44,829 bases of DNA from Candidatus Omnitrophota bacterium (GTDB lineage: Bacteria > Omnitrophota > Gorgyraeia > Zapsychrales > Fredricksoniimonadaceae), in contig JAYVSG010000127.1 of assembly GCA_043775535.1 (NCBI GenBank), positions 1-44,829 on the forward strand, read 5' to 3'. This document shows, piece after piece, positions 18,993 through 26,581 of this stretch (position 1 is the first letter of the stretch; every line of letters starts with the position of its first letter). Below the pieces are notes generated by a model. It searched no databases. It saw only the letters and a program-made list of their open reading frames with translations, and had not been told where the DNA came from. A program made the translations under genes and the position numbers.

Positions 18993-20593
18993 GCAAATAC
19001 ATCTTCGTCACAGGTGGTGTTGTTTCCAGTTTGGGCAAGGGGATCGCGGCCGCATCGCTGGCCAAATTGCTTGAGGCCCGCGGCCTTAAGATCGCCATCA
19101 TCAAGTGTGATCCCTACCTGAATGTCGATCCCGGCACCATGAACCCATACCAGCACGGTGAGGTCTATGTCACCGACGACGGGGCAGAGACCGACCTGGA
19201 CCTGGGGCACTATGAGCGTTTCACCAATTCACTCTTGTCCAAGGACAGCAGCATCACCGCCGGCAAGGTCTATTATTCCGTCATCACCAAGGAACGCCGC
19301 GGGGATTACCTGGGCAAGACCATCCAGATCATCCCGCACATCACCGATGAGATCAAGGAACGCATCAAGAAGGTCGCCAAGGCCAATGATGTGGACATCA
19401 CCATCGTCGAGATCGGCGGCACCGTGGGCGACATTGAAAGCCTGCCGTTCCTGGAAGCCATCCGTCAGCTGCGCTGGGAATTGGGCGAGCATTATGCGCT
19501 CAACATTCACGTGACCCTTCTGCCGTACATCAAATCCGCCGGCGAACAGAAGACCAAGCCCACTCAGCATTCGGTCGGTAAATTGCGCGAGATCGGTATT
19601 ATCCCGAACATCCTGTTATGCCGCACGGAAAAGCCCATTGCGCAGGACCAGCGTGAGAAGATCGCCCTGTTCTGCAACGTGGACGTGGATTCCGTCATCG
19701 AAGCCGCGGACGTCAAACACATTTATGAAGTGCCTTCGGCGTTGAAGAAGGAAGGGCTCGATACACTGGTCTTGAAGAAGCTCAACATCAAGCTTCCGGA
19801 TCGCGGACTCAAGGCATGGGAAGACGGGGTCTTAAAGCGCCTGCGTTCGCCGGCCAAGGAAGTCAAGATTGCCGTCGTCGGGAAATATATCGCCCTGCAG
19901 GATGCGTACAAATCCATTTATGAAGCGCTGGTCGCGGCCGGCATTGCCAATAATGCCAGGGTCAATATCGTGAAGATCGACTCCGAGGACCTGGAAAAGG
20001 GCGACCCCAAGAAATTTTTGAAGGGTGTGCATGGAGTATTGATTCCCGGCGGCTTCGGCAGCCGCGGCATCGAAGGCAAGGTCAGGGCTGTCCAGTATGT
20101 GCGCGAGAACAAGATCCCGTTCTTCGGCATTTGTTTAGGGATGCAGATCGCCACCATCGAATTCGCGCGCCACATGTGCCATTTCAAGGACGCCAATTCG
20201 ACCGAATTCAACAAGGAAAGCGGCCATCCGGTGATCAGCTTGATCGAGGAGCAGAAGAAGGTGAAGAACCTTGGCGCCTCAATGCGTCTGGGTACCTATG
20301 TTTGCGCCGTTGAAAAGGGGACCAAGGCCTTTGATTCCTACAAGTCGGCGAAGATCTCCGAGCGCCACCGCCATCGGTATGAATTCAACAATGAATACCG
20401 CGCCAAACTTGAAGAAAAGGGTTTTGTGATCGCCGGGCGCAACCCGGAACGCGACCTGGTCGAGATCATTGAGATCAAGGACCATCCGTGGTTTGTCGGC
20501 TGCCAATTCCATCCTGAGTTCAAGTCCAAACCCGATGCGGCCCATCCCTTGTTCCGGGCCTTCATCGCGGCCGCGCTGGCGGGTGAAAAATAA
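18989..20593 (+). CDS. pyrG: CTP synthase
   Basis: 534 aa. [19 protein letters not shown] and the GATase motif GICLGMQ...HRHRYE. ATGA overlap with purF. Confidence 0.95.
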   Translation: MSKYIFVTGGVVSSLGKGIAAASLAKLLEARGLKIAIIKCDPYLNVDPGTMNPYQHGEVYVTDDGAETDLDLGHYERFTNSLLSKDSSITAGKVYYSVITKERRGDYLGKTIQIIPHITDEIKERIKKVAKANDVDITIVEIGGTVGDIESLPFLEAIRQLRWELGEHYALNIHVTLLPYIKSAGEQKTKPTQHSVGKLREIGIIPNILLCRTEKPIAQDQREKIALFCNVDVDSVIEAADVKHIYEVPSALKKEGLDTLVLKKLNIKLPDRGLKAWEDGVLKRLRSPAKEVKIAVVGKYIALQDAYKSIYEALVAAGIANNARVNIVKIDSEDLEKGDPKKFLKGVHGVLIPGGFGSRGIEGKVRAVQYVRENKIPFFGICLGMQIATIEFARHMCHFKDANSTEFNKESGHPVISLIEEQKKVKNLGASMRLGTYVCAVEKGTKAFDSYKSAKISERHRHRYEFNNEYRAKLEEKGFVIAGRNPERDLVEIIEIKDHPWFVGCQFHPEFKSKPDAAHPLFRAFIAAALAGEK

Positions 20594-20615
20594 TAGGGGA
20601 CAGTCCCCTATTTTT
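20594..20615 (+). terminator. Intrinsic terminator, copy 1 of the AGGGGAC..GTCCCCT element
   Basis: TAGGGGACAGTCCCCTATTTTT sits directly after the pyrG TAA. GC stem plus a T-tract. Confidence 0.7.
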
Positions 20616-20636
20616 CTGGTATACCTTTACGAGTCG

Positions 20637-20661
20637 AAATAGGGGACAGCCCCCTATTTTT
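20637..20661 (+). terminator. Second tandem hairpin/terminator, copy 2 of the same element
   Basis: AAATAGGGGACAGCCCCCTATTTTT lies 21 nt after copy 1 and 16 nt before tRNA-Leu. Confidence 0.55.
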
Positions 20662-20677
20662 AACATTTGTTAGATTT

Positions 20678-20759
20678 GCGTGGGTGGCGGAATTGGTATA
20701 CGCGCACGTTTGAGGGGCGTGTGCCGCAAGGCTTGAGGGTTCGATTCCCTCCCCACGCA
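20678..20759 (+). tRNA. tRNA-Leu (anticodon GAG), class II with long variable arm, no encoded CCA
   Basis: Folded by hand. Acceptor GCGTGGG/CCCACGC. Anticodon stem CACGT/GCGTG with loop TTGAGGG. Variable arm GCC-GCAA-GGC. T arm GAGGG-TTCGATT-CCCTC. Discriminator A. Confidence 0.9.
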
Positions 20760-20791
20760 TTTTAATTTTAGTATTACCATTTCTTGCTTTT

Positions 20792-21496
20792 ATGACCAAA
20801 CCCATCGAAATATCTGCCAGCATCCTATCTGCAGACTTTGCCAACCTCGCTTCCGACATCAAAAAAAGCGAAGCCGCGGGTGTCGCCCGTTTCCACATCG
20901 ATTGCATGGACGGCCATTTCGTCCCGAACCTGACCATCGGTCCCATTATTGTCGAGGCCGCGCGCAAGCATACCCGACTTCCGCTGGAAGCGCATTTGAT
21001 GATCGAGCACCCGGGGCAATACATCGAGAGTTATGCCAAGGCCGGGGCGGACATCATCCAGCTGCAGGTGGAATGTTATGGCACGCGCAAGGCTTCTGCC
21101 CGGAACTGGGACCAGTGGCCCAAGGAAGTCGAGGCCGTGGACATTGATGCTTTACGTGCGGACCTCAAGAAGATCCGTGGTTTTGGTAAAAAAGCCTTTA
21201 TTGTCCTTAATCCGGGCACGCCGGTCATTAAGGATGTTTTGGGGGATTGCGACGGCGTCCTGGTCATGTCGGTCAATCCCGGTTTTGCCGGCCAAAAATT
21301 CATGTCTGAAGCCCTGCCCAAGATCGAAGGGCTCAAAAAGACCTTCCAAGGCGATATTGCCGTCGATGGAGGGGTCAATGCCCAAACCGCCCCCGCGGCG
21401 GTCAAGGCAGGCGCCCATGTTCTCATTACCGCCAGCTATTTCTACGGGGCCCCGGATTGGTCAAAAGCCGCGGCCTATTTGAAAAGTCTCTCCTAG
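20792..21496 (+). CDS. rpe: Ribulose-phosphate 3-epimerase
   Basis: 234 aa. SILSADFANL, HIDCMDGHFVPNLT, MSVNPGFAGQKF and VDGG motifs. Carries an insertion of roughly 20 aa relative to the E. coli enzyme after AGADII. Confidence 0.9.
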   Translation: MTKPIEISASILSADFANLASDIKKSEAAGVARFHIDCMDGHFVPNLTIGPIIVEAARKHTRLPLEAHLMIEHPGQYIESYAKAGADIIQLQVECYGTRKASARNWDQWPKEVEAVDIDALRADLKKIRGFGKKAFIVLNPGTPVIKDVLGDCDGVLVMSVNPGFAGQKFMSEALPKIEGLKKTFQGDIAVDGGVNAQTAPAAVKAGAHVLITASYFYGAPDWSKAAAYLKSLS

Positions 21497-21517
21497 CGTG
21501 GTATATTTATAGTACTT

Positions 21518-21832
21518 ATGAAGATGAACACTACAGCCCAAACCGCCATTGAGTATTTACTGCTCTCAAGCGTCGTGGCCACGCTTGTTTTTATGGCGTT
21601 CGCCCGGGGCGGGTTCATGTCCCAGGTGCACAATACGGCCAATGAGTATTACGAGGATGCGGCCAGGGTCATCATGGGGGATAACCCTAAGCCGATCAAT
21701 GGGGGATGGTGTGAATGGACCCCGTGTTCTCCCGGAGTGGCAACAAGTTACCGCACCTGCGAATGCCCCTCACCTGCCTTTGGCGGCAGTGAGTGCGGCC
21801 CTATCTCGGACGCCAAGAAGGGCTGCAGTTAA
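21518..21832 (+). CDS. Small pilin-like protein: Flp/class-III-signal-type N-terminus plus a Cys-rich C-terminal thrombospondin-type-1-repeat-like module
   Basis: 104 aa. The N-terminus MKMNTTA|QTAIEYLLLSSVVATLVFMAF has E at +5 and Y at +6 followed by a hydrophobic helix. The C-terminus is WCEWTPCS...RTCECPSPAFGGSECGP...GCS. Confidence 0.65.
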   Translation: MKMNTTAQTAIEYLLLSSVVATLVFMAFARGGFMSQVHNTANEYYEDAARVIMGDNPKPINGGWCEWTPCSPGVATSYRTCECPSPAFGGSECGPISDAKKGCS

Positions 21833-22758
21833 GTCTTCCGCTGGTCCCTGACGAAATTACTTTTTCCAACACTCTTTGCATACTTCTTTAATTCCGCACC
21901 GATCTCACCGACCTGCGCCACGTGGTTGATGTTCTGTCCGCGGTTGCTCACAATGCCGATCGAAATGGCGACGAAGGTGGCCGTGGTCGGGTTGCCCTGG
22001 CGGTCCTTGCCCATGATGAAACCGGCCTGGCGGTCCTCTTCGCTGTAAAAGGCGGGCGCTGCGAGGTCAAAGGCATCAATGATTTTTTGGCTCACCGCAT
22101 CCGCCTTGTCATCATCACAGATGAAGACGAAATCATCGCCGCCGATATGGCCCACAAAGCCTTCCGGCCCTGCGCCGGTCTGTGTCGCATCGAGCAGGAT
22201 GCGGGCGGTGGCGCGGATGATCTCATCGCCTCTTTCAAAACCGTATTTATCATTGAAGATCTTGAACTTGTCCAAGTCCGCGTACCCGACGGCAAAGAGC
22301 TTTCCGGAATCGATGCGGTTCTGCAATTCATCCATGATGGAGGCATTGCCCGGCAGGCGCGTCAACGGGTTGGCATCGAGGGAACGGATGGTGCGTTTGA
22401 GGATCATGCGGATGCGGGCGAGCAAGGCTTCGGGCTCGAAGGGTTTGATCAAATAATCGTCGGCGCCGGCCTCGATGCCGGTGACCATGTCCTTGGTGTC
22501 GCCTTTTCCTGTCAGCATGATGACGGGCAAATGGCTTAACAGCACGTCCTTGCGCAGTTCGCGCACGAATTGCGGGCCGGTCATGACCGGCATCATGTAG
22601 TCGGTGATGACAAGGTCGGGGGCTTTGAGTTTGACCATTTCCAGGCCTTCCTTGCCGTTGGGCGCGGAGATGACCGTGTAATGTTCCGAAAGGGTAAGGT
22701 TCAGGACGTCCAGGATGTCGGGATCGTCGTCGATGGTGAGGATCTTTTCTTTACGCAT
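21829..22758 (-). CDS. Response regulator: REC domain plus GGDEF-family domain with a non-canonical GGDDF motif
   Basis: 309 aa. REC motifs ILTIDDDPD...DLVITDYMMP...MLTGKG...IKP. GGDEF-type ADLDKFKIFNDKYGFERGDE...HIGGDDF. Confidence 0.85.
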   Translation of the reverse strand: MRKEKILTIDDDPDILDVLNLTLSEHYTVISAPNGKEGLEMVKLKAPDLVITDYMMPVMTGPQFVRELRKDVLLSHLPVIMLTGKGDTKDMVTGIEAGADDYLIKPFEPEALLARIRMILKRTIRSLDANPLTRLPGNASIMDELQNRIDSGKLFAVGYADLDKFKIFNDKYGFERGDEIIRATARILLDATQTGAGPEGFVGHIGGDDFVFICDDDKADAVSQKIIDAFDLAAPAFYSEEDRQAGFIMGKDRQGNPTTATFVAISIGIVSNRGQNINHVAQVGEIGAELKKYAKSVGKSNFVRDQRKT

Positions 22759-22769
22759 TGTGTCCTTCT

Positions 22770-24320
22770 TTATTTCGGTTTGACGTTGGTGTAGGCCGCG
22801 GATGAGACAGGCAGGGTGAAGGTGAAGGTGGTGCCCTGACCCACTTGGCTCTTGACGTTGATATGGCCGTGATGGGCTTCCACGATGTTCTTGGCCAGTG
22901 TCAGTCCCAAGCCGGTGCCCTTGACGTTCTGGTTGATCTCATTGTCCACGCGGTAAAATTCATTGAACAGTTTCCCCAGGTCGTCCGGCGGTATGCCGAT
23001 CCCCGTGTCCATGACGCTGAAGGAGGCGAAACCGTCTTCCACCCGTGGTGATGCGGCGATGGTGATGGTGCCGTTCTGCGGCGTGAATTTGATGGCATTG
23101 CTCAAGAGGTTGATGAACACGCGTTCGGCGTGGGTGATGTCGATGTAGATGTCCCTGACCTCCGGCGGCACCTCGGTCTTGAGCCTAATCTCCTTAGCAT
23201 TGATCTGCGGCGCCAGGAGGTCGGCCACATTGTCGATGATGGCCTTGGCGGGGTGTGGGGCAAACTTCATGTCCACGCGGCCGGATTCGATGCGCGCGAT
23301 GTCCAAGAGATTGTTGATGAGTTGGACCAGGTTATCTGAGTGGGTGTTGATCTTACCCAAACGTTCCTTGACCGCATCGGGGATCTCGCCGACCTTGCCG
23401 GCCATGAGGATGGCGGCATAGCCCTTGATCGAGGTCAGCGGCGTGCGCAATTCGTGCGAGACGGCCGAGATGAACTCGGTCTTGCGTTCGCTGATCTCGT
23501 TGACCTGGGCCAGGGCGCTGGCTAGCTGCTTGGTACGTTCCTTGACCTTGATCTCGAGCTCCTGGCTGGAGCGGAAGACCTTCTCGAAGAGCTGGGCGTT
23601 CTCGACCGCCTGTCCTATCTGGCTTGCGAGGATGCCGACCAACTCCTCATCGCCCTGGGTGATGGCCGGGGCTGCGTAGCCGTTGCCGACAAAGACAAAG
23701 CCGATGGTGCCCGCCTGTGTGCTGATCGGGGTCAGGACGAAGTTTTCGGTCTCGAAGACCGTGGTGATCTTTTCCTTGAGTTTGCGCGCTGCGTTGATGG
23801 AGGAGAGGGTGCGGTTCTCTCCCAGCGCGTTCTTCAGCAGTTCATCGCTGTTCAATTGGGGCAGGATGTTCCTGAGTTTTTCTTCAGGGAAGCCGAAATT
23901 GCTTTTGCCGCGCGCCTTACGATTCTCGTCGAGCGTGAGCACCAGGGCCCGCGCGAAACCGAGCTCTTCGAAGAGGGCAGGGTTGAGTTTCTGGAATATC
24001 TCACCTTCATTGAGGGCCTGGCTGATATGCCGTGAGGTGCGCTGCAGGACGTTGAGGCCGTTGAGACGCTTGTCGAGTTCTTCCTGGGCCTTGTTCAGTT
24101 CAAGGTCGGTGCGCACGATGAGCTTGGCCTGTTCGTCGAGCTCATTGAACGAGCGCATCAATTTTTGGTGGGCGGCCTGCATCTGCCGCAGAGATTCTTC
24201 CTTTTCAGCCAGCATCATCAGGAAATAAGCTACGACGCCGAGCAGGAGAACGCCGACGACCGCGAGGGCCATCCAGATCTGAGAAGAGTTGAGTGTCCAC
24301 GCGTTCATGATATCAATCAA
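22770..24320 (-). CDS. Sensor histidine kinase (TM helix, coiled coil, GAF-like domain, HisKA, HATPase_c)
   Basis: 516 aa. H-box SHELRTPLTSIKGY, N-box LLSNAIKFT, G1 DTGIGI, G2 GTGLGL. One N-terminal TM helix. Confidence 0.9.
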   Translation of the reverse strand: MIDIMNAWTLNSSQIWMALAVVGVLLLGVVAYFLMMLAEKEESLRQMQAAHQKLMRSFNELDEQAKLIVRTDLELNKAQEELDKRLNGLNVLQRTSRHISQALNEGEIFQKLNPALFEELGFARALVLTLDENRKARGKSNFGFPEEKLRNILPQLNSDELLKNALGENRTLSSINAARKLKEKITTVFETENFVLTPISTQAGTIGFVFVGNGYAAPAITQGDEELVGILASQIGQAVENAQLFEKVFRSSQELEIKVKERTKQLASALAQVNEISERKTEFISAVSHELRTPLTSIKGYAAILMAGKVGEIPDAVKERLGKINTHSDNLVQLINNLLDIARIESGRVDMKFAPHPAKAIIDNVADLLAPQINAKEIRLKTEVPPEVRDIYIDITHAERVFINLLSNAIKFTPQNGTITIAASPRVEDGFASFSVMDTGIGIPPDDLGKLFNEFYRVDNEINQNVKGTGLGLTLAKNIVEAHHGHINVKSQVGQGTTFTFTLPVSSAAYTNVKPK

Positions 24321-25497
24321 GCCCCAGGATCAGGATGCTTTCATTCTGCATGCAGGTGTTGTTGATGCCGTGTCCGGCGCCGAGGGGGACGATCTCGCCG
24401 AAGCCGTACATGCCGATGACAGGCACATTATTACCGAGTATGTCGCGCACCGCGCGTATTTCAACGCCGGCACTGCTTTTGAGGAGTTTTTGCCGGGCGG
24501 CGGATTCGATGATGATGACGAGCTTTGCTTCCTTCCCGCCGAGGGCGTCCTTGACCTGGTTGGCCGCGGTCATCGCGGATTTTCGGCAGGATTCGCGGCT
24601 GCCGATCATCAAATGCACTTCCGCACCCTGAGGGACCTCTCCCTGACATACAATACTCCCGTCCGGAAGTATGTCAACGGCATTCTTAAGCAGATATTGG
24701 CCCTGTTCCTCGAGATAGATGCCTAGGGGGTAAAGCAGTGCGTTCGTCGGTGAAATGCCTTTGGCGAGTTTCTGTGCTTCGGGCCCCAGGAAGGCATCAT
24801 AGAGGGCGAAGGCAGGCTTATCGTCAATGGTGTGGATCACATTATTGGTGGCTTTGGTGATGGTGCGGGGTTTTCCCAGCGGTTTGAAGCCATGCTGGTT
24901 GCCCGTACCCACGACCGCGCCGCCGATCAAGAGGCCCACCGCGCTTTGGGTCAGAACTTGTTTATTGTAGAACTGGCAGTCCTTGCGGTGTTTGCGGTCC
25001 ACACAGCCGACCGCCCCGAGCAGGGGGAAACCCAAGCCCAGCACTTCCTGTGCGCCGCGGATGAAGTCGGTATCGTTGTGGAATAATGGATCGGTAAAAA
25101 GGAGGCAGGCCTGCCGCTGGTGGGTCTTGAAATCCGCGTTGAGCTTGCGTCCCATTTCAAAGCCGGGCGTGCGCATTTCCTTGCCCGGCGAGGATGATAC
25201 GGCATTGATGGCAAAGCTCAGTTCGTCGGAATTGATGGCGAGCACGGCCAGCCCGCGGGAGAACACACCTTCCGTCAGGATGAGCCCGGCGGCGGAAGAG
25301 CCCAGCAGGCGTTTAGGCTGCAGGATCTTCTGGACCACCCCAAGCGCTTCTTCCCCGGCATAGGCAGGGGTGGCAAATAAAAGCACCAGGTCGGTCTGCG
25401 TTGTGTTCAGCTGACCCTTGGCCGCGACACAGGCGTGGTGCGCGGCTTCCTGTGCGTCGGCGGCCTGGCTGAACCCGATGGCGATCTGTGTAGGCAT
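24313..25497 (-). CDS. FIST (N and C) domain signal-transduction protein
   Basis: 394 aa. Overall pattern IAIGFS...DLVLLFATPAY...GSSAAG...LVIIIESAARQKLL...PVIGMYGFGEI resembles FIST_N/FIST_C proteins. 8-nt overlap with the kinase gene. Confidence 0.7.
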   Translation of the reverse strand: MPTQIAIGFSQAADAQEAAHHACVAAKGQLNTTQTDLVLLFATPAYAGEEALGVVQKILQPKRLLGSSAAGLILTEGVFSRGLAVLAINSDELSFAINAVSSSPGKEMRTPGFEMGRKLNADFKTHQRQACLLFTDPLFHNDTDFIRGAQEVLGLGFPLLGAVGCVDRKHRKDCQFYNKQVLTQSAVGLLIGGAVVGTGNQHGFKPLGKPRTITKATNNVIHTIDDKPAFALYDAFLGPEAQKLAKGISPTNALLYPLGIYLEEQGQYLLKNAVDILPDGSIVCQGEVPQGAEVHLMIGSRESCRKSAMTAANQVKDALGGKEAKLVIIIESAARQKLLKSSAGVEIRAVRDILGNNVPVIGMYGFGEIVPLGAGHGINNTCMQNESILILGLD

Positions 25498-25555
25498 AAA
25501 TGAGCACCAAACTTATGGAGCCACAGGCGACATCAAGTTTGCCTGTGCGAACTTA

Positions 25556-25591
25556 GATCGGATTTACGGCGGCCTAGCCGTAAATCCGATC
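25556..25591. repeat. Perfect 15-bp inverted repeat with a 6-nt loop
   Basis: GATCGGATTTACGGC-GGCCTA-GCCGTAAATCCGATC. It lies between the stop of the lipoprotein gene (25604) and the start of the FIST gene (25497). No flanking T-tract on either strand. Confidence 0.8.
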
Positions 25592-25603
25592 CTCCATGAT
25601 CTT

Positions 25604-25999
25604 TTAGAACCACAACTTGGATTTTTTGACGATGGCATCGAGGATCTTCCGGGAATCGTCCTCGCCGTTGATATAGCCGACCCGGACATCGATGCGCGTG
25701 TTCTTGGCATCGATGGGATGGATGTCGACCCAGACCTTGCGCTGTTGTTTGTCTGTACCCAGGACCTGGACCACTTCTGGCAGGGAGGTTTCCTTGTAGA
25801 CCTTGATGTCCATGTCCTTCAAGGCGTCCTTTGCTGCGGCGGACACACGGTCGGAGCCGACGTCCACTTCCTGGGTCACCTTGTCTGAAAGCCATTTGGC
25901 CGTTCCCGCACCAGCGGCACCGGCGGCAAGCAGGATGCAGCCGCTGAAGTTCAATACGCAGATACCGAGGCTCATGAGGACGAATAATTTCTTGATCAT
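25604..25999 (-). CDS. Small lipoprotein (DUF3568-like)
   Basis: 131 aa. Lipoprotein leader MIKKLFVLMSLGICVLNFSGC, then a Gly/Ala-rich linker and a small beta-rich domain. GGAAAGGGAA lies upstream. Confidence 0.7.
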   Translation of the reverse strand: MIKKLFVLMSLGICVLNFSGCILLAAGAAGAGTAKWLSDKVTQEVDVGSDRVSAAAKDALKDMDIKVYKETSLPEVVQVLGTDKQQRKVWVDIHPIDAKNTRIDVRVGYINGEDDSRKILDAIVKKSKLWF

Positions 26000-26016
26000 A
26001 GGATTCCCTTTCCTGA

Positions 26017-26388
26017 TTATTTATTTAACAGTTCTTTGACCTTCTCAAGGACCTTGAACACATCGAAAGGTTTGGACATGTAGGCATCGGCGGATTCGAA
26101 TTGTTCCGGTTCCGTGCTGCGCTCCGGTTCGATCAGGGCGCTTAAGACAATGATGGGGGTTTTCTTGAAGCGTTCGTCCTGGCGGACCTTCATGGTGAAG
26201 CGCCATCCGTCCATCACCGGCATGGTCAGGTCCACGATCATCAGTTCCGGGACGTAGTCTTTCAGCAGTTTCAATGCGGCAAACCCGTCGGCGGAGGTCC
26301 TGACCTCGTAACCATCTTTCTCCAGCACGGACTTGATCATGAAGACGATGTCCGGCTCGTCATCGACAACAAGTATCTTGTGAGACAT
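26017..26388 (-). CDS. Single-domain CheY-like response regulator
   Basis: The listed ORF starts at 26460. I prefer MSHKILVVDDEPD at 26388 because GAGGGG lies directly upstream. D..D/T/K receiver pattern: MIVDLTMP, VLSAL, SKPF. Confidence 0.85.
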   Translation of the reverse strand: MSHKILVVDDEPDIVFMIKSVLEKDGYEVRTSADGFAALKLLKDYVPELMIVDLTMPVMDGWRFTMKVRQDERFKKTPIIVLSALIEPERSTEPEQFESADAYMSKPFDVFKVLEKVKELLNK

Positions 26389-26393
26389 CCCCT

Positions 26394-26549
26394 CTAACTC
26401 CTGTTCAAATTCCCCTTGGGCTTCTGTTTCGGCGGTATGGAACCGGCGTGCAGATGGCAATAGGCTTCATGGTTATAGATGCTTAAGACGTGTTTGCACC
26501 CGTAATGTTTGCATTTCCTGCCCTTGCGGGATGAGGTCAATTTGACCAT
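26394..26549 (-). CDS. Small basic zinc-ribbon-like protein (51 aa), absent from the ORF track
   Basis: Hand translation gives MVKLTSSRKGRKCKHYGCKHVLSIYNHEAYCHLHAGSIPPKQKPKGNLNRS, with a C-x4-C-x12-C-x2-H pattern. AAGGAAG sits 4 nt upstream of the ATG, and the stop is 5 nt before the regulator ATG. Confidence 0.55.
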   Translation of the reverse strand: MVKLTSSRKGRKCKHYGCKHVLSIYNHEAYCHLHAGSIPPKQKPKGNLNRS

Positions 26550-26581
26550 GGCACTTCCTTTGCTTGTTTACCGGGCAAGAT

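Noticed and set aside
20792-21496. ~20-aa insertion in Rpe (ECYGTRKASARNWDQWPKEVEAVDIDALRAD)
   Set aside because: It lies in a surface loop region between barrel strands. It is likely lineage-specific loop variation and not obviously functional.
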